A stretch of DNA of 64,000 bases from Amphiscolops sp. MND2022 (taxonomy: Eukaryota), in the NCBI GenBank assembly GCA_964187785.1, contig OZ076409.1, positions 20,524,001-20,588,000 of the forward strand. Reading direction: 5' to 3'. Shown here piece by piece: positions 9,592-21,125 of this stretch. How positions within the stretch are numbered: position 1 is the first letter of the stretch; every line of letters begins with the position of its first letter. The notes under the pieces were generated by a model. That model was not told where the DNA came from. It saw nothing but the letters and a program-made list of their open reading frames with translations, and searched no databases. The position numbers were made by a program, and so were the translations under genes.

Positions 9592-12500
9592 TAATACAGC
9601 CACGCCCCACAAAATTAGAGGAGAAAGATGACTGGCAGCATCCAACTCCTCACCCAATAAAAACAAACACTTTCACACAACACACTGACTCTCAGACTCC
9701 AGGAACTCAACAAAACGAATCAGAGGACGATTTGTATGAAATATACAGAGACGCTCCTGACAGATACATAGCCACAAATCTTGACAGAAGTAACGGAAAA
9801 ATACCAGAAGATCTGTTTGAATCCGAACACGAAACCTCACCACAAAAATTACCAGAACCTCTTCCTAAAGACAATTTTGAACCTCTCCAAACACAAGACC
9901 CATCTGAATACCAACCGAACCTGCATCAACACAAAATTTACCCCTCATAGATGACGAAATTCAAAATCATCTCACAATTAATAAAGAAACAGATATACCA
10001 ATGCTTCTTCTATCAACCAACCTGACACTCAAAAGCAAACGCCATATGTATTACTTTCCAATGGAGTTTGAAAAGCTTACACTTGACGGCCTAATTGATA
10101 CTGGAGTTCTCAAGAGTGCAATATTGGAACAAGATCTAAATAAAATCAAACTCCTTGCGCCCGAAGCAATAACAGACACAGGTCCTGCACCCAATTTTCA
10201 AATAATGGTAGCAAACGGACGATTGGAAACGCCAATTCGAACAGTCTGCCTAGCATTTGAAGTGGCAGATTTTATAATCAAAGAAAATTTCATCGTCATG
10301 AAAGTCTTACCGAATCCTCTAATCGGACTTTGTTTCTTAAAGAGGAACAATTCCATTTTCGACATGCGACAAGGAGTATTAACTTTCCCCCATTTATCAA
10401 TGCAACTGAAATCAGAACGCAATCTTCCAACACGACAATCAACACCATTACTTGCAGAAGCAACATACACACTGCAACCGGGTGAAACCATGCTTATTGC
10501 GAGCAGAACGCCACACTTTATCGATCATGACGCAACAGGCATAGTAACGTCATCAACGCACCTTGAAGATCATGACACACTTTTCCTTGTATCCTCCCTC
10601 TGCACAGTCAACAATAACGCAGTAGGATACCAGATCTGCACTTTCTCAGAACCGACTTTCGAGTTTTAACCCTAGAACAGTTGAAATATATCAAACCAAT
10701 CAATCCTTCAGTGCTAACATTCATTATGCATCAACATACCGAAGTTACGGATGTATACCTCAATGAACTTCTGAAAGTAAACAACAAAGAAGACAAAACA
10801 GAACAATACTGGTTTCCAACACCGGAACAACCCGGAGACCCCACAACAAACACACTTATTCAGAAATGAATATTTGATGAACTAGTAGAACTTCAAACAC
10901 TAGAAAAACTTAACCCACAAGACGACGAACAATCACGCAAAACATTCCTTGACAATTTTGATTGGAGCGACACAACACTTACTCTTTTCGAACGACAGAA
11001 AGTGGAAGAACTGCTGGTCGAATTCCATGATATCTTTGCTCGACACAGATTTGACATTGGAACAAATAGGGAAGTCAAAGTCAAACTCACACCAAACGAT
11101 GACCGACCAGCATATAGCCAAAGTCTTCCAACCCCGATCAACCTAAAAGACGACATCACGGTGGAACTTGCCCTACTTCACATGTATGGTATAATAACAA
11201 CTCTACCCTTCTCTAAGTATGCAAGTCCCATTTTTGCGCAACGAAAACCTAACGGTCGACTACGGCTCTTAGTCGACTTGCGCAAAATAAATAATCTTAT
11301 TTCTGAAGACTACGTAAACAACAACCACCCAGTCAGTACACTTTCCGATGCAGCCCAACATATCGCAGGAAAGAAATTTTTCTGTTAATTTGACTGTTCA
11401 CAAGCATACCACTGCCTTCAGATGGCAGACTACCAATCAATCCGAATGTTGGCCTTTAACTTTGCTTGCAGAACCTTTGCGTATCGGCCTTAGCCGATCA
11501 CTATCAGCATTCTCCAGTTTCATACGGGAATACTTAGACACCCTCATCAAAGCAGACCAATGCGCCCAATACGCCGATGACATCGGAATTGCAGCAAACA
11601 CAGTGACACAACTGTGTATAAACATCCGAGCAGTCTTTGAATGTATACGGAACGCAGGACTGAAATTGTCAATGTCAAAATGCCATTTTGGAGTGACAAA
11701 AGTCGACTTCCTGGGAAGAACAATCACACCTGAAGGAGTTTCTCCCCAATTAGACAAAGTCAAAGATTTCTTAGCGAAACTTAATTTCCCCAAATCCAAA
11801 AAAGGCCTTCAAATGTATATTGGTTTTCTGAATTATTACAGAAATTATATACCACGCCTTTCGGAACGACTCACCCTTTTCTTCAAACTACTGAAGGAAA
11901 CCAGCAAATTCTACATTTCTACCGAACTTACAAGCAAATTTGAACAGTTAAACAACCTCCTCCTTCAATCTTGCCAAATGGCACTCAAACAACCACTTAA
12001 AGACAAACAACTAATCGTCATGTCAGAAGCCAGTTTTACAGCTGCAGGATATGCGATTGTGATTGAAGACGACACTCTACAATCGAAACGCAAAACATAC
12101 GCCCCATAAGCATTTGGCTCAAAAACTTTCAACCCAACCCAATTAAAAATGTCAATGAATGCGAAAGAGTTTTAGCTATTTTCTTCGCATTCTCAGAATT
12201 TGGACACCTAATGTGGAGTAGTGCTTTTCCCGTAAATGTTATTACCGACAACCGAGCAGTCACCAGATTTTCCCAAACAAAAATCATTCCCCAGCACTAT
12301 GGAACGCATGCGACTACGTCCTGCAGTACAATTTCGTCATAGCACATGTAGAAGGAGCAATGAATACGGCTGCAGACTTCTTGTCGCGAACGGAAATCAA
12401 CCCGACAGAAAAACTAGAAATGAATTTACGCAACGACATACAAACAAAAGCTATCGAGGTTATTATCCAATCCTCTGGCATAGCCAAAGAAGAACAAATT

Positions 12501-14471
12501 TACATCCACCCAGACGATGAAAATGATGAAAAAACACTTTGGGAACAAAAAGATAATATCAGAAATCAAGCACAAACAGAAATGTACAATGAACCGGAAA
12601 ATGAAATAACTGAATTACAAAATTTCCATAAACCAACTGCCGGAACAATAGGTTATTGGGAAGGACACTTTCGAGACAACGCAAAAATCCGACTCGAACA
12701 AAATAATGACCCAGTCCTTCGCAAGCTCAGAGCAAAAATAGAGGGTGAACGTTCTGATGAATCAGCGTTCACGCAAGACAATCGATACCAACATTACCTA
12801 CAAAAAATGCCCCGCATCGAAATCTGCCAAGACATTCTTGTACGAAATTACTACAATGATATTGGACAAATCTCACACTACCAAATACTATTACCGAAAC
12901 AGCTTCTCGAAGAGTTCCTACAGGCATTGCATGGACACAATGCAAATCATCCTGGAGTAACAAAAATGATAGAAGAAGCGCGACAGAAATACTATTACCC
13001 ATGCTTAGCAAAACACATCAAAAATTGGGTACAAAACTGCCAAATGTGCATTCAAAACAAAAGAATCAATAACGATTTACTGAAAACAGAACTTCTAAAT
13101 TGTCCAGAATGGGACCTCGGTCCAGAAGATTTTCTTCAGATGGACATTTTACCTAATCTCCCAGCAAGTGAAGGTTTTGATAACATCATAACAGCAATCG
13201 ATGTCTTCTCAAGATATTTATTTGCTTATCCAACAACCCGAATTACAGCCCCTACAGTTGCAAGAGTCATTATGGACATTTCGTGCAAACACAGACATTT
13301 ACCAACGACCATAATAACTGACATGGGCACTCAATTCAACTCACAAATCACCCGAGAAGTAGCAGCAGTGCTTGGAGTTGAACTAAACATGCTTCGACAA
13401 AACATGCACAAACAATCGGCATGCTAGAACGCACTCACGCTACAGTAAAAACACATTTGAAAGCAACTACAGGTGAATTTCGCAATAATTGGCACAAATT
13501 CCTACCACTGGCTGTCTTGAACCACAACAGAACCTATCATGCCAGCTTAGGATGTGAACCCACCCGTGTTTTCCACGGCAGGATATCACATAACATCCTA
13601 GAATACAAGCTAGGCTATAATCCTAACCCACGGTGGACTCCGCAGACTGACATTGCAGAAGAAATACAACGCAGAATGGAGATACTCAATGACCAAACCA
13701 AAAAGTCATACCAAACAAAAAGTCAAACTCATGCAGTCATACTTAAAATATAAGGCATACTATGACCGCAAGGCAAAATCAGCACCGCTTACTACAACAG
13801 ACTATTGCTACATAATGAACCCGAAGGCAGACACACAAGCAACGAAAATTCCGTTCCGAGAATTCCGTTGGATAGGTCCCTATAAAGTTGAAAAAGTCCT
13901 ACCTAACAATAACTACATTGTACGAAGGCTAGGGACAAACAAAACACAACTGTTACACCGAATACGTTTGAGGAAATAATCACCTAGTGCACCACTAGCC
14001 GATATATTTGTCAGAGAAACCGATTGGCAAAAAGATGACAACATAATAGTAACACACGATGAACTCTATGCCCATACATGGGATACAAATTTTGGTACAG
14101 ATCCATTTGACACAAAACGTTCTGATAACGAACAAGATGACATACAAGAATATGTCCCGATAAACCACCTACCCTCCCTCGAAATTTCAAAAAACAGTGG
14201 GGGAGCTCCGGAAGAACAAACTACTGTTCCTAATGAAGAAACCCTACACGAAAATGCAGAAAATGAAATCGATACAAATGATAATCAGCAAGATATACAA
14301 CCTAACCCTACTATTGATGCAGAAAAATTCCCGGAAAATGAAGACGAAAATCAAGAAACGTTGAGGTGTAAAAAGAAAAACCCCCTATAAAGAAAAACCA
14401 ATACCCGTGGTGAAAAATACAATTTACGACCCAACCCAAATCCTAACTTCTCAGACTCCTACCGATATTAA
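9591..14471 (+). pseudogene. pol: pol polyprotein: aspartic protease, reverse transcriptase, RNase H, integrase; multiple stops and frameshifts
   Basis: PR: LIDTG. RT: SPIFAQRKPNGRLRLLVDLRKIN, YADD, KCHFG...FLG. RH: LIVMSEASFTAAGY. IN: H-x5-H...CQMC, LQMDIL, IITDMGTQF, GMLERTH, WIGPYKV. Tail ends YNLRPNPNPNFSDSYRY* at 14469-14471. Confidence 0.95.
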
Positions 14472-14618
14472 AAACAAAAATTAATACAAATTCAACTCCC
14501 TAGCTTCCTGTTAAACAATCAACAAAAATCAAGAAAAGAAGCAATGAAAACTGCAGAAAAGTTGTAGCCTATATTGAGCCATTGGCTTAAACGAAGTTTG
14601 ACTAAATCCGACGATTTG

Positions 14619-17600
14619 CTAATGCATAGCTGGTTTTCCTTTCTTGTGCTTCTTCTTATCACCAGCGGAAGAAACAGCAGAAGTTGAGGCAGTCAGGAAG
14701 GGAAGTTTAATCAAACTACGAACAGCTGGAGCAACAGCGGAATCTGCAGTAACTGGCTTTTTGGTCTTATCTGGAGACGATTTCTCAGAAGACTTCTCTG
14801 GAGAAGAATTCACTGAAAAAGACTCTACAGGGGAACTAGCATTACTACTAATACGGCTAGAGCAAAGCCTGGGTTCTTTCTCTGCAGTAATCCAAGTACA
14901 ACTGTCAACAGCAACATTTTTGGCGTAACAGGACCCCAAAGTAGACAGCAAGCCAATCTTCGAACATGAGTCGAACTCAGGAGATTCCACACTGAGAACT
15001 TGCGTTTGAGAAGTAGCCCAGGCCCTTGGTTAAGGAGATCGTGTGCACGAGGAAGTGCAGCTGCAGATAAGAAAAGACTCTCTACCTTTTGAATGGAACT
15101 GAGGGAACACTGAAGGCTCCTCACGCAGGAAGAGAATTCGATTTTACTAGATTTTAAGCCAGGCAAAAATACAATAAACTGTGGAGGTGAGCAGCAAGGG
15201 TTTCTGAGCGTTTCACAACAAACTTTAAAGAGGCGTAACAATTCCACCCTGCATTGAAGTTCATAGTAGCAGGAAATGAAACTGACCCATTCCTTCGAGC
15301 TAGAAACTTTGTCTGCACGGAATTTGGTGACGAGAGAACAGTACTCGCTCACTACAACAGGTTTTACATGGAAGGAGATCCATCGCTGTTGGACGAAGTA
15401 TCCGGCAAGGGTTTGGTTAGAGTCTTCATACTGCGCCTCCTCTCCATAACGAATCACAGCTTCATCAAACGACGATAGCCCACGAGCAAATGAAGATGTA
15501 GCAATTTCACAGGAAAGCAACAGTTTGATAAAATAACGGTAGAATGATATGGCCTGCTCAGCGAATTTCCGTGGGGTAGGGATCTTGCTCCTATATAGCA
15601 TATCGGAGAGGTCTTTGTCCTGCAGAAATTCATCAACTGTCTTGATAGGCAAAGTGACTTCACTCATGTTTAGTTGGATGTAATTGTCCCAATTGCTGAT
15701 GCTCCCAAGGAAGGAAGTAGGGAAGATGGTTTGCATCTGTGTGTACACAAAGACACAGAACTGGTTGTAGATACGAAACCCTCCAGCTACACTCGCGTCC
15801 ACTTCCTTGAAAGTTGAATTGTCTAGAACAAGAAACTTATGAAGTGTGATATGAAACTATTACGGAACCACCAAAACAGAAAAATTTTGTGCAATACATT
15901 GAAACCTACTTTGGAAATGACGCTTGAAGCAAAACAATTAAAGAGGAATACTAACATTGGCTCAAAATGTTGCGGATGAAAAACAGTCGTACAACCAGCA
16001 CACGATCCTTGATGATGATATCATCCATCCCAGATGGCTGAAAGGAAACCAAAAATTATATAAAACCCATGTGCAGAATACCCAATAAGGAAGGAAATAA
16101 GAAGAGAAACCTCTTGGATATGAGAACGATATGCAGTCACTCTCTTGCTGTTCCGCACATGGGAAGTGACGCGTTCCCAGTTCTGAATTAGTTGATCGAG
16201 AATCTCAACAGCTTGTATCAGGTCATAGTCAAGATTGAACGCCAGCTGTTACAACACAAAAATTTTGACTTCTATTACATAACAACATGAAGCGAAAATG
16301 TGCAGGTGCCAAAATCAAAGAAACAGTCGAACACAAGTATTCACGTGCAGAAATTTGAAACAAATATCGTATAGTGACTCATTCTTTACAAACTGCTAAA
16401 CTACGTAATCATGAAAAATTTTCGAAAAATCAGTTGAGAAGACCAATTGCGCCACATTATGCCGCAAGCTTGGATTTGCAACAAAGAGAAATTTGCAAAG
16501 TGTCATATGCGAAAGGAAAATTCTTTTTTCCTAAAAGGAAAGGAATCTTCACAAGAAAGAGAATTGTGAACCAAAGGCATAATAGCCGTGTTTACACAAA
16601 AATAAAATTTTGTCACCAAGCAGACATTTCTACAAAATGTTTGGAAAACGAAATACAAAAGATAAACCTTTTCAAAATTTGGAAGGGACGATAGCCAGGA
16701 GCTTCCACAAGCGGATCTCAGTCGAAGAAGCAGGAAATCCAGAACACTTCTGAAGTCAAGCCTGTCAAGAATTTGGGCTGTGGGGACGCGCAGAAGCTCT
16801 CTAAATCCTCAGGACCGATTTTTGGCGTACGACAGATCCTTTTGTGCTGGGGTAGGACCCGGGAAATTGTCCAAGCAAGACGCCGAGAAAATCCAGACAA
16901 GAAAATCAGATGTACCTCTTTGTCCAGCAGAGCGAAGAAACTGCTAATAATTGGGATCAAAGCAGACTGGTTTGTTAGTCGGCCGGGAAGAACGGCTAAA
17001 CACATGCTGTGTAATGAATTTCCAGACCAGAAATTCACAAAGAGCATCGTTTCTTGTGCCGTGAATGCCAATCGGAGGGAGTAAATGTCCGAGGACTCAA
17101 TCGAAGTGATGCTGTATGATAGGAGCTCGCGAAACATGTGAGCTAGGAGCGCCTTCAAAGAGACCACCCTTTTGAAATACCTAGAATTTTTACAGGCAAA
17201 AACGACTACCAAAACAACTTACCAAGATCCTGTGTGGCCTCCAATCGTGAGTAGAAACGGATTCTGAAGTCCTTGTCTCCGTGATCAGGTCATGCCGGAG
17301 GGCGATCAGAGAATCCAAATGTCCGCCATGCCGGAATCCGAACTTGAGTAGGGTCAATTGTGACAAAGTCTCCTTGTCGGGATTATCTGGTTCCGTTTTT
17401 TCTGGCAGTTCTTGCTGGTCAACTCGGAGGTAATAGTCGCCAAGCTTGGGGGCAATCGGGTATTCCCGTTTGGCTCTCTCCTTCGCGTATTTTAAGGCCA
17501 TTCCACTAAATTCTGTGCACTGTTAATCGAATAGTGCAAGCCCGGGAGTCCCCATACGGATTCTGTGTTTCCGTACTAGGTGTACATCAGTCCGACAGTG

Positions 17601-18964
17601 TCGTAACATTTCCAAAGGACCTTTGGTCTTAAGAGAAAGTTCTACCATACAAACGCGAGAACGGTACTTATTTGGATGGCGGGCCGCATCAGAAGGTGCT
17701 GTGGCAAAGAACCTGAGGGTGAGGTACTTATCGTACATCCATTCGGCGAGCATATGTTGAGGCTTAGCCCGTTTTCTGGCTGGACTACTTTTCTTCTCTG
17801 CCTTGCGCTTCCTGAGAGGCTTCTCGGGGGTAGCGACAAACTCTTCAGTAGAAGACATCTCCAGATCGGAATCGGTGCTACTGTCCGAACTTGAATCGGA
17901 TGGCCGACAATTGTCTCCAACCACAACTGGTGGCCTTGCTGTGGTAATAGCCTCAGTCGCGGGGCGCCCTTCTTGCCCGCTGTTTTCCCCGGTTTTAGCA
18001 GAATCTGCAATCATTAATGTGGAGTTGAGTCGAATCTGTTTATTAGCAGCTTCTTCTGCCGCTTCAGCTAACAGTCTCTCTAAACGAGCTGCCCCAGTGT
18101 CTTGGGGGTAAGAATTTTTGAGACACTTTGGCTCCGAGGTAACAGCACACGTGTTGTTTTTCCCTTGTTCCTTAGGTGGATCAGTCGTTTTAATTAGATA
18201 CCTGGTAAAAGGGGATCCTTTGGCTGAAACTTGAGTGTTCCCAGTCTGGGTTGTCAGAATGTCCTTATCCTTACAGTGCACGAACTTTGTAGAAACGGTG
18301 TCAAGAGGTGTTGACGGACTTGCTGGCATTCTGCTTATAGGAGCGTTAGTAACTTCCGTTACTTCAGGCGCGTCGTCTTTTTCAGTTGTTTCAATCTGAA
18401 TATCCCCAGCTGTATCTGCTTGTTTCCCACTTATTGAAACACAGTCTGGTGAATCAACGGCATCCACAAGCTCGTCAAAATTATCTTTCAGTAGAACTAG
18501 AGGAACAAATGCTGGAGGGAGGTCTTCCTTATCAAGGGAAAATGGGGGATTATAGCCGCATTCGAGCAGAGTTCTTTGGATTCTAGCAGATTTTCGCGGC
18601 TCAGAACATTCGGCACTGCGTTTTGTTTGTGTAGCTCAGTTAGAACCTGAAATAAAATTTGGAATGGAAAAATGCTAGAAACCAAGTCAGGAAGTTAGCG
18701 TTTCCGTTCAAAAAACTTAAAGACAAGAATTTGATAAATCGGAAAGATATGTTAACGGAAATATGAGTCTGGCCAACTCGTATTCAAAAATCCGAGACGT
18801 CTCAAAAACGCAAGAAAGCAACAATAATACACAAAGAAAGTAAACTCAAGCTTACCTGTCAAAATACCTGCAGTGTTTGATGGTTGATCCTGGGAAGTCG
18901 AAGCTGTCCTCTTCTATTTCGAAGCTTTGCGACGCCGATTGGAAGTGCTTCTTGAACGAACCAT
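14619..18964 (-). pseudogene. Six-exon antisense gene inside the retrotransposon, ~1150 codons: low-complexity N-terminus, C2H2/BED-like finger, hAT-transposase-like body lacking recognisable catalytic residues. Exons 18964-18856, 18646-17223, 17152-16668, 16245-16111, 16037-15956, 15822-14619
   Basis: ATG at 18964 (MVRSRSTSNRRRK). Five GT-AG introns with compatible phases (1,0,0,0,1) join the listed ORFs. Finger Y-R-[S]-R-V-C...H-CRTDV-H. hAT-like segments: SIESSDIYSL, ILDQLIQNWERV, LFFIRNILSQYNSTFKE, FYRYFIKLL...LSSFD, ELLRLFKVC. Three in-frame stops and two 1-nt frameshifts indicate decay. Confidence 0.8.
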
Positions 18965-19311
18965 GATATGAAGAATTGACAATGGAAAAGGCGTAACTAA
19001 TTACCAATTAAAACTAATAATGAGTTGAATGAAAATTAAAAAACTATGAGGTATAGACAGAAGTCGGAAAGCGGGCAGCAAGGAAATGTTGATTGAGAAC
19101 ACTGTGAAACTGTAGAAATCGACTTTGGACTACGAAACTTTCCAAACAAACAAAATTATATATGGGGTGGCTTCCGGCTGAATAAAACACAATTTGCATA
19201 TTTGCGCAATTGCTCGATGCTGGTTGGCTGAAATAGTTTGAAACCAATCACGCCTGCCAGCGAGATTGGTATTTAGAACTGTACAGCTTAGTGCGTTTAC
19301 ATACACATGAT

Positions 19312-19331
19312 GCGCCGCCCCCTAGTGGCGG
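19312..19331 (-). promoter_or_regulatory. CTCF-like motif in the divergent intergenic region of the element
   Basis: Minus strand reads CCGCCACTAGGGGGCGGCGC, close to the CTCF core CCAC(T/C)AG(G/A)GGGCGC; CCAAT boxes at ~19244 (+) and ~19265 (-). Confidence 0.45.
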
Positions 19332-19977
19332 AATGAGAAAATGAACGAAACTGCTTACATCTTGCAGTACAACGCAAGACGATGTTTGACCTAAAACAAT
19401 TGCCATCACATAACCCTATGCATCATTTGGATACCATGAGATAATGCGTATCCCAGAAGCAGACAACATGAAGCAGAAAACTTGAGATGGACATGTTTCC
19501 TTTCTGAAAACTTAATGTCTATGAGTATCCTGAAATATATTTGTATTAGGACATTAGTTCCGTTGATGATATCAATTCCAATTAAAATTACATGTAAGTA
19601 TTCATAAAATCTGCAAAATTCAAAAAACAAAAATTGAGTTGTTAAAATTCGTCATGCAAATTTTCATTTAGACTTGTTTACAAGTGATTATAGTGTCTCT
19701 GTGATCTTGAATGGGAAAATAACACCTCTATCTACCATATATGGAAATTTTGAAGATAAATTTCGATTTGTTTTGGAGCTATTCAAATAAAGTTGAAACA
19801 CATTCTAACGCTCACCCTGAAAATTACCGGGAAAGGGGTGAACAAAGAAGAAGATGACTCGACAAACTACCACCGTATTTGGGAAACCCGGGGAAATGCC
19901 CATCGACAGAAAAGAAGTGAGAGATTTTTATTCTGCAAATATTCACGAAACGGAGCAGTTGATAATTTCAAACTCAA

Positions 19978-21125
19978 ATGGACAACAGACCTCCAAAAAA
20001 TTCTCACCTCTTCACAATCGATGAAGATATGCAATCTGTCTCAACAAACTCCCCCGGACTTATAAACATCTCGAGCGATTCTGGGGAAGAGTTTCTGACT
20101 GAACAACCTAATTCGGAACCTATAGACTTAGGATTCAGAATCGGAGGGCCCATTAACGATCCTATGACTGCATTCGTAAATGAAAACGCTGCAAGTCTTT
20201 TTGCAGTGAGTGAGCCCGAATCCAGAGAAGATTTGGTAATTGACATAACAGGAACCGATATCGAGAGGGAAATGCTGAGTATGATTTCTGAGAACACTGA
20301 ACTGCCTAACATCTCGCCAATCTCATTTTTTGAATCAAGCGGAAGCAATAGCAAAGAGCTGTTGTTAAACGCCAACTTCGCGAATGTTCCTAGAAACAAT
20401 TATGGCAGACCTGTGCTAGCCGTTCCACTTATAAGAGGTGAGAGGTTACCGAGGCAAAGACCTTCACAACCTGATACTGGCAACAACAACCTCCCTGTTT
20501 TCACCCAAAGAAATGGGCCAATTAGACCTGTACCCATTACTCCAGTGGTTATTCCACAAAAGATTCCGCAACCTAATTATGTTCGTATGTATAATGTGGA
20601 GGGATATTGCAGACGCCGGTAATAAACCAGTATAATATGCCAGCTGCTCATTTTCATTTGCCGAATCCAGCTACTCTAGACATGGTACATATCCCATACA
20701 ATTCAAATGCAGAAATACTACAACCCAGTGGGCCTGGAAATGTTGCTTACTAAAATAACGCCGAGGGACACTTGTATCTTGACACCCAGGGAACCCATAG
20801 CAACTTGGAAACGACCAATGTGGGTCCTGTACACGGTGACAGCGCTAGTCAGCAACAAAGAAACCTTCCACGAAGGCAACTTAACCCTCCGGTTATGCCG
20901 CACGTGCAAGGAAATTGTCATTGGTGTGACAGGACTTACGATGAAGTCGCCCTAGATGCTCTGGCAGCCTCTACTACTGCGACGGAATACCCCGGCGAAA
21001 CAGTGCGAGATCGGAACATCAGGTCACGGGCTTATCTAGATAAGTTCGAGGCAGCACTCATTTGCTTCAAGAATGCTGGCCTGTCACAGCCTAGAGCTTG
21101 TGTCGGACCCGTAGAGCAGCGATAG
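19978..21125 (+). pseudogene. Orphan 3' ORF (~380 codons, one frameshift near 20595 and one stop near 20751) ending 44 nt inside the 3' LTR
   Basis: ORF 19978-20622 continues in the frame of ORF 20772-21125 (GGILQTPVINQYNMPAAHF...). Acidic, Pro/Asn-rich N-terminus; C-terminal CHWC motif and helical segment ending AGL|SQPRACVGPVEQR*. Confidence 0.7.

Larger units (their letters stand above)
7914..9594 (+). pseudogene. gag: gag (starts inside the 5' LTR; capsid-like domain and two CCHC zinc knuckles), disrupted by stops and frameshifts
   Basis: ATG at 7914 (MGNKRNRRSRR) continues via fragments through EDYH|MVTG across the LTR end. Capsid-like EKFEYFEDLFHTTLRMQP...HFHAHLRGLALKTF; knuckle CRYCKNTGHKAADC plus frameshifted CTHCNAPGHEEPTC; ends KDLN* at 9592-9594. 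Confidence 0.88.

Noticed and set aside
14560..19400. Interpreting the antisense gene as a nested intact hAT DNA transposon
   Set aside because: No terminal inverted repeats or 8-bp TSD found by eye and catalytic motifs are missing; not fully excluded without comparing copies.
19978..21125. env gene
   Set aside because: No signal peptide, furin site with fusion peptide, or transmembrane anchor.
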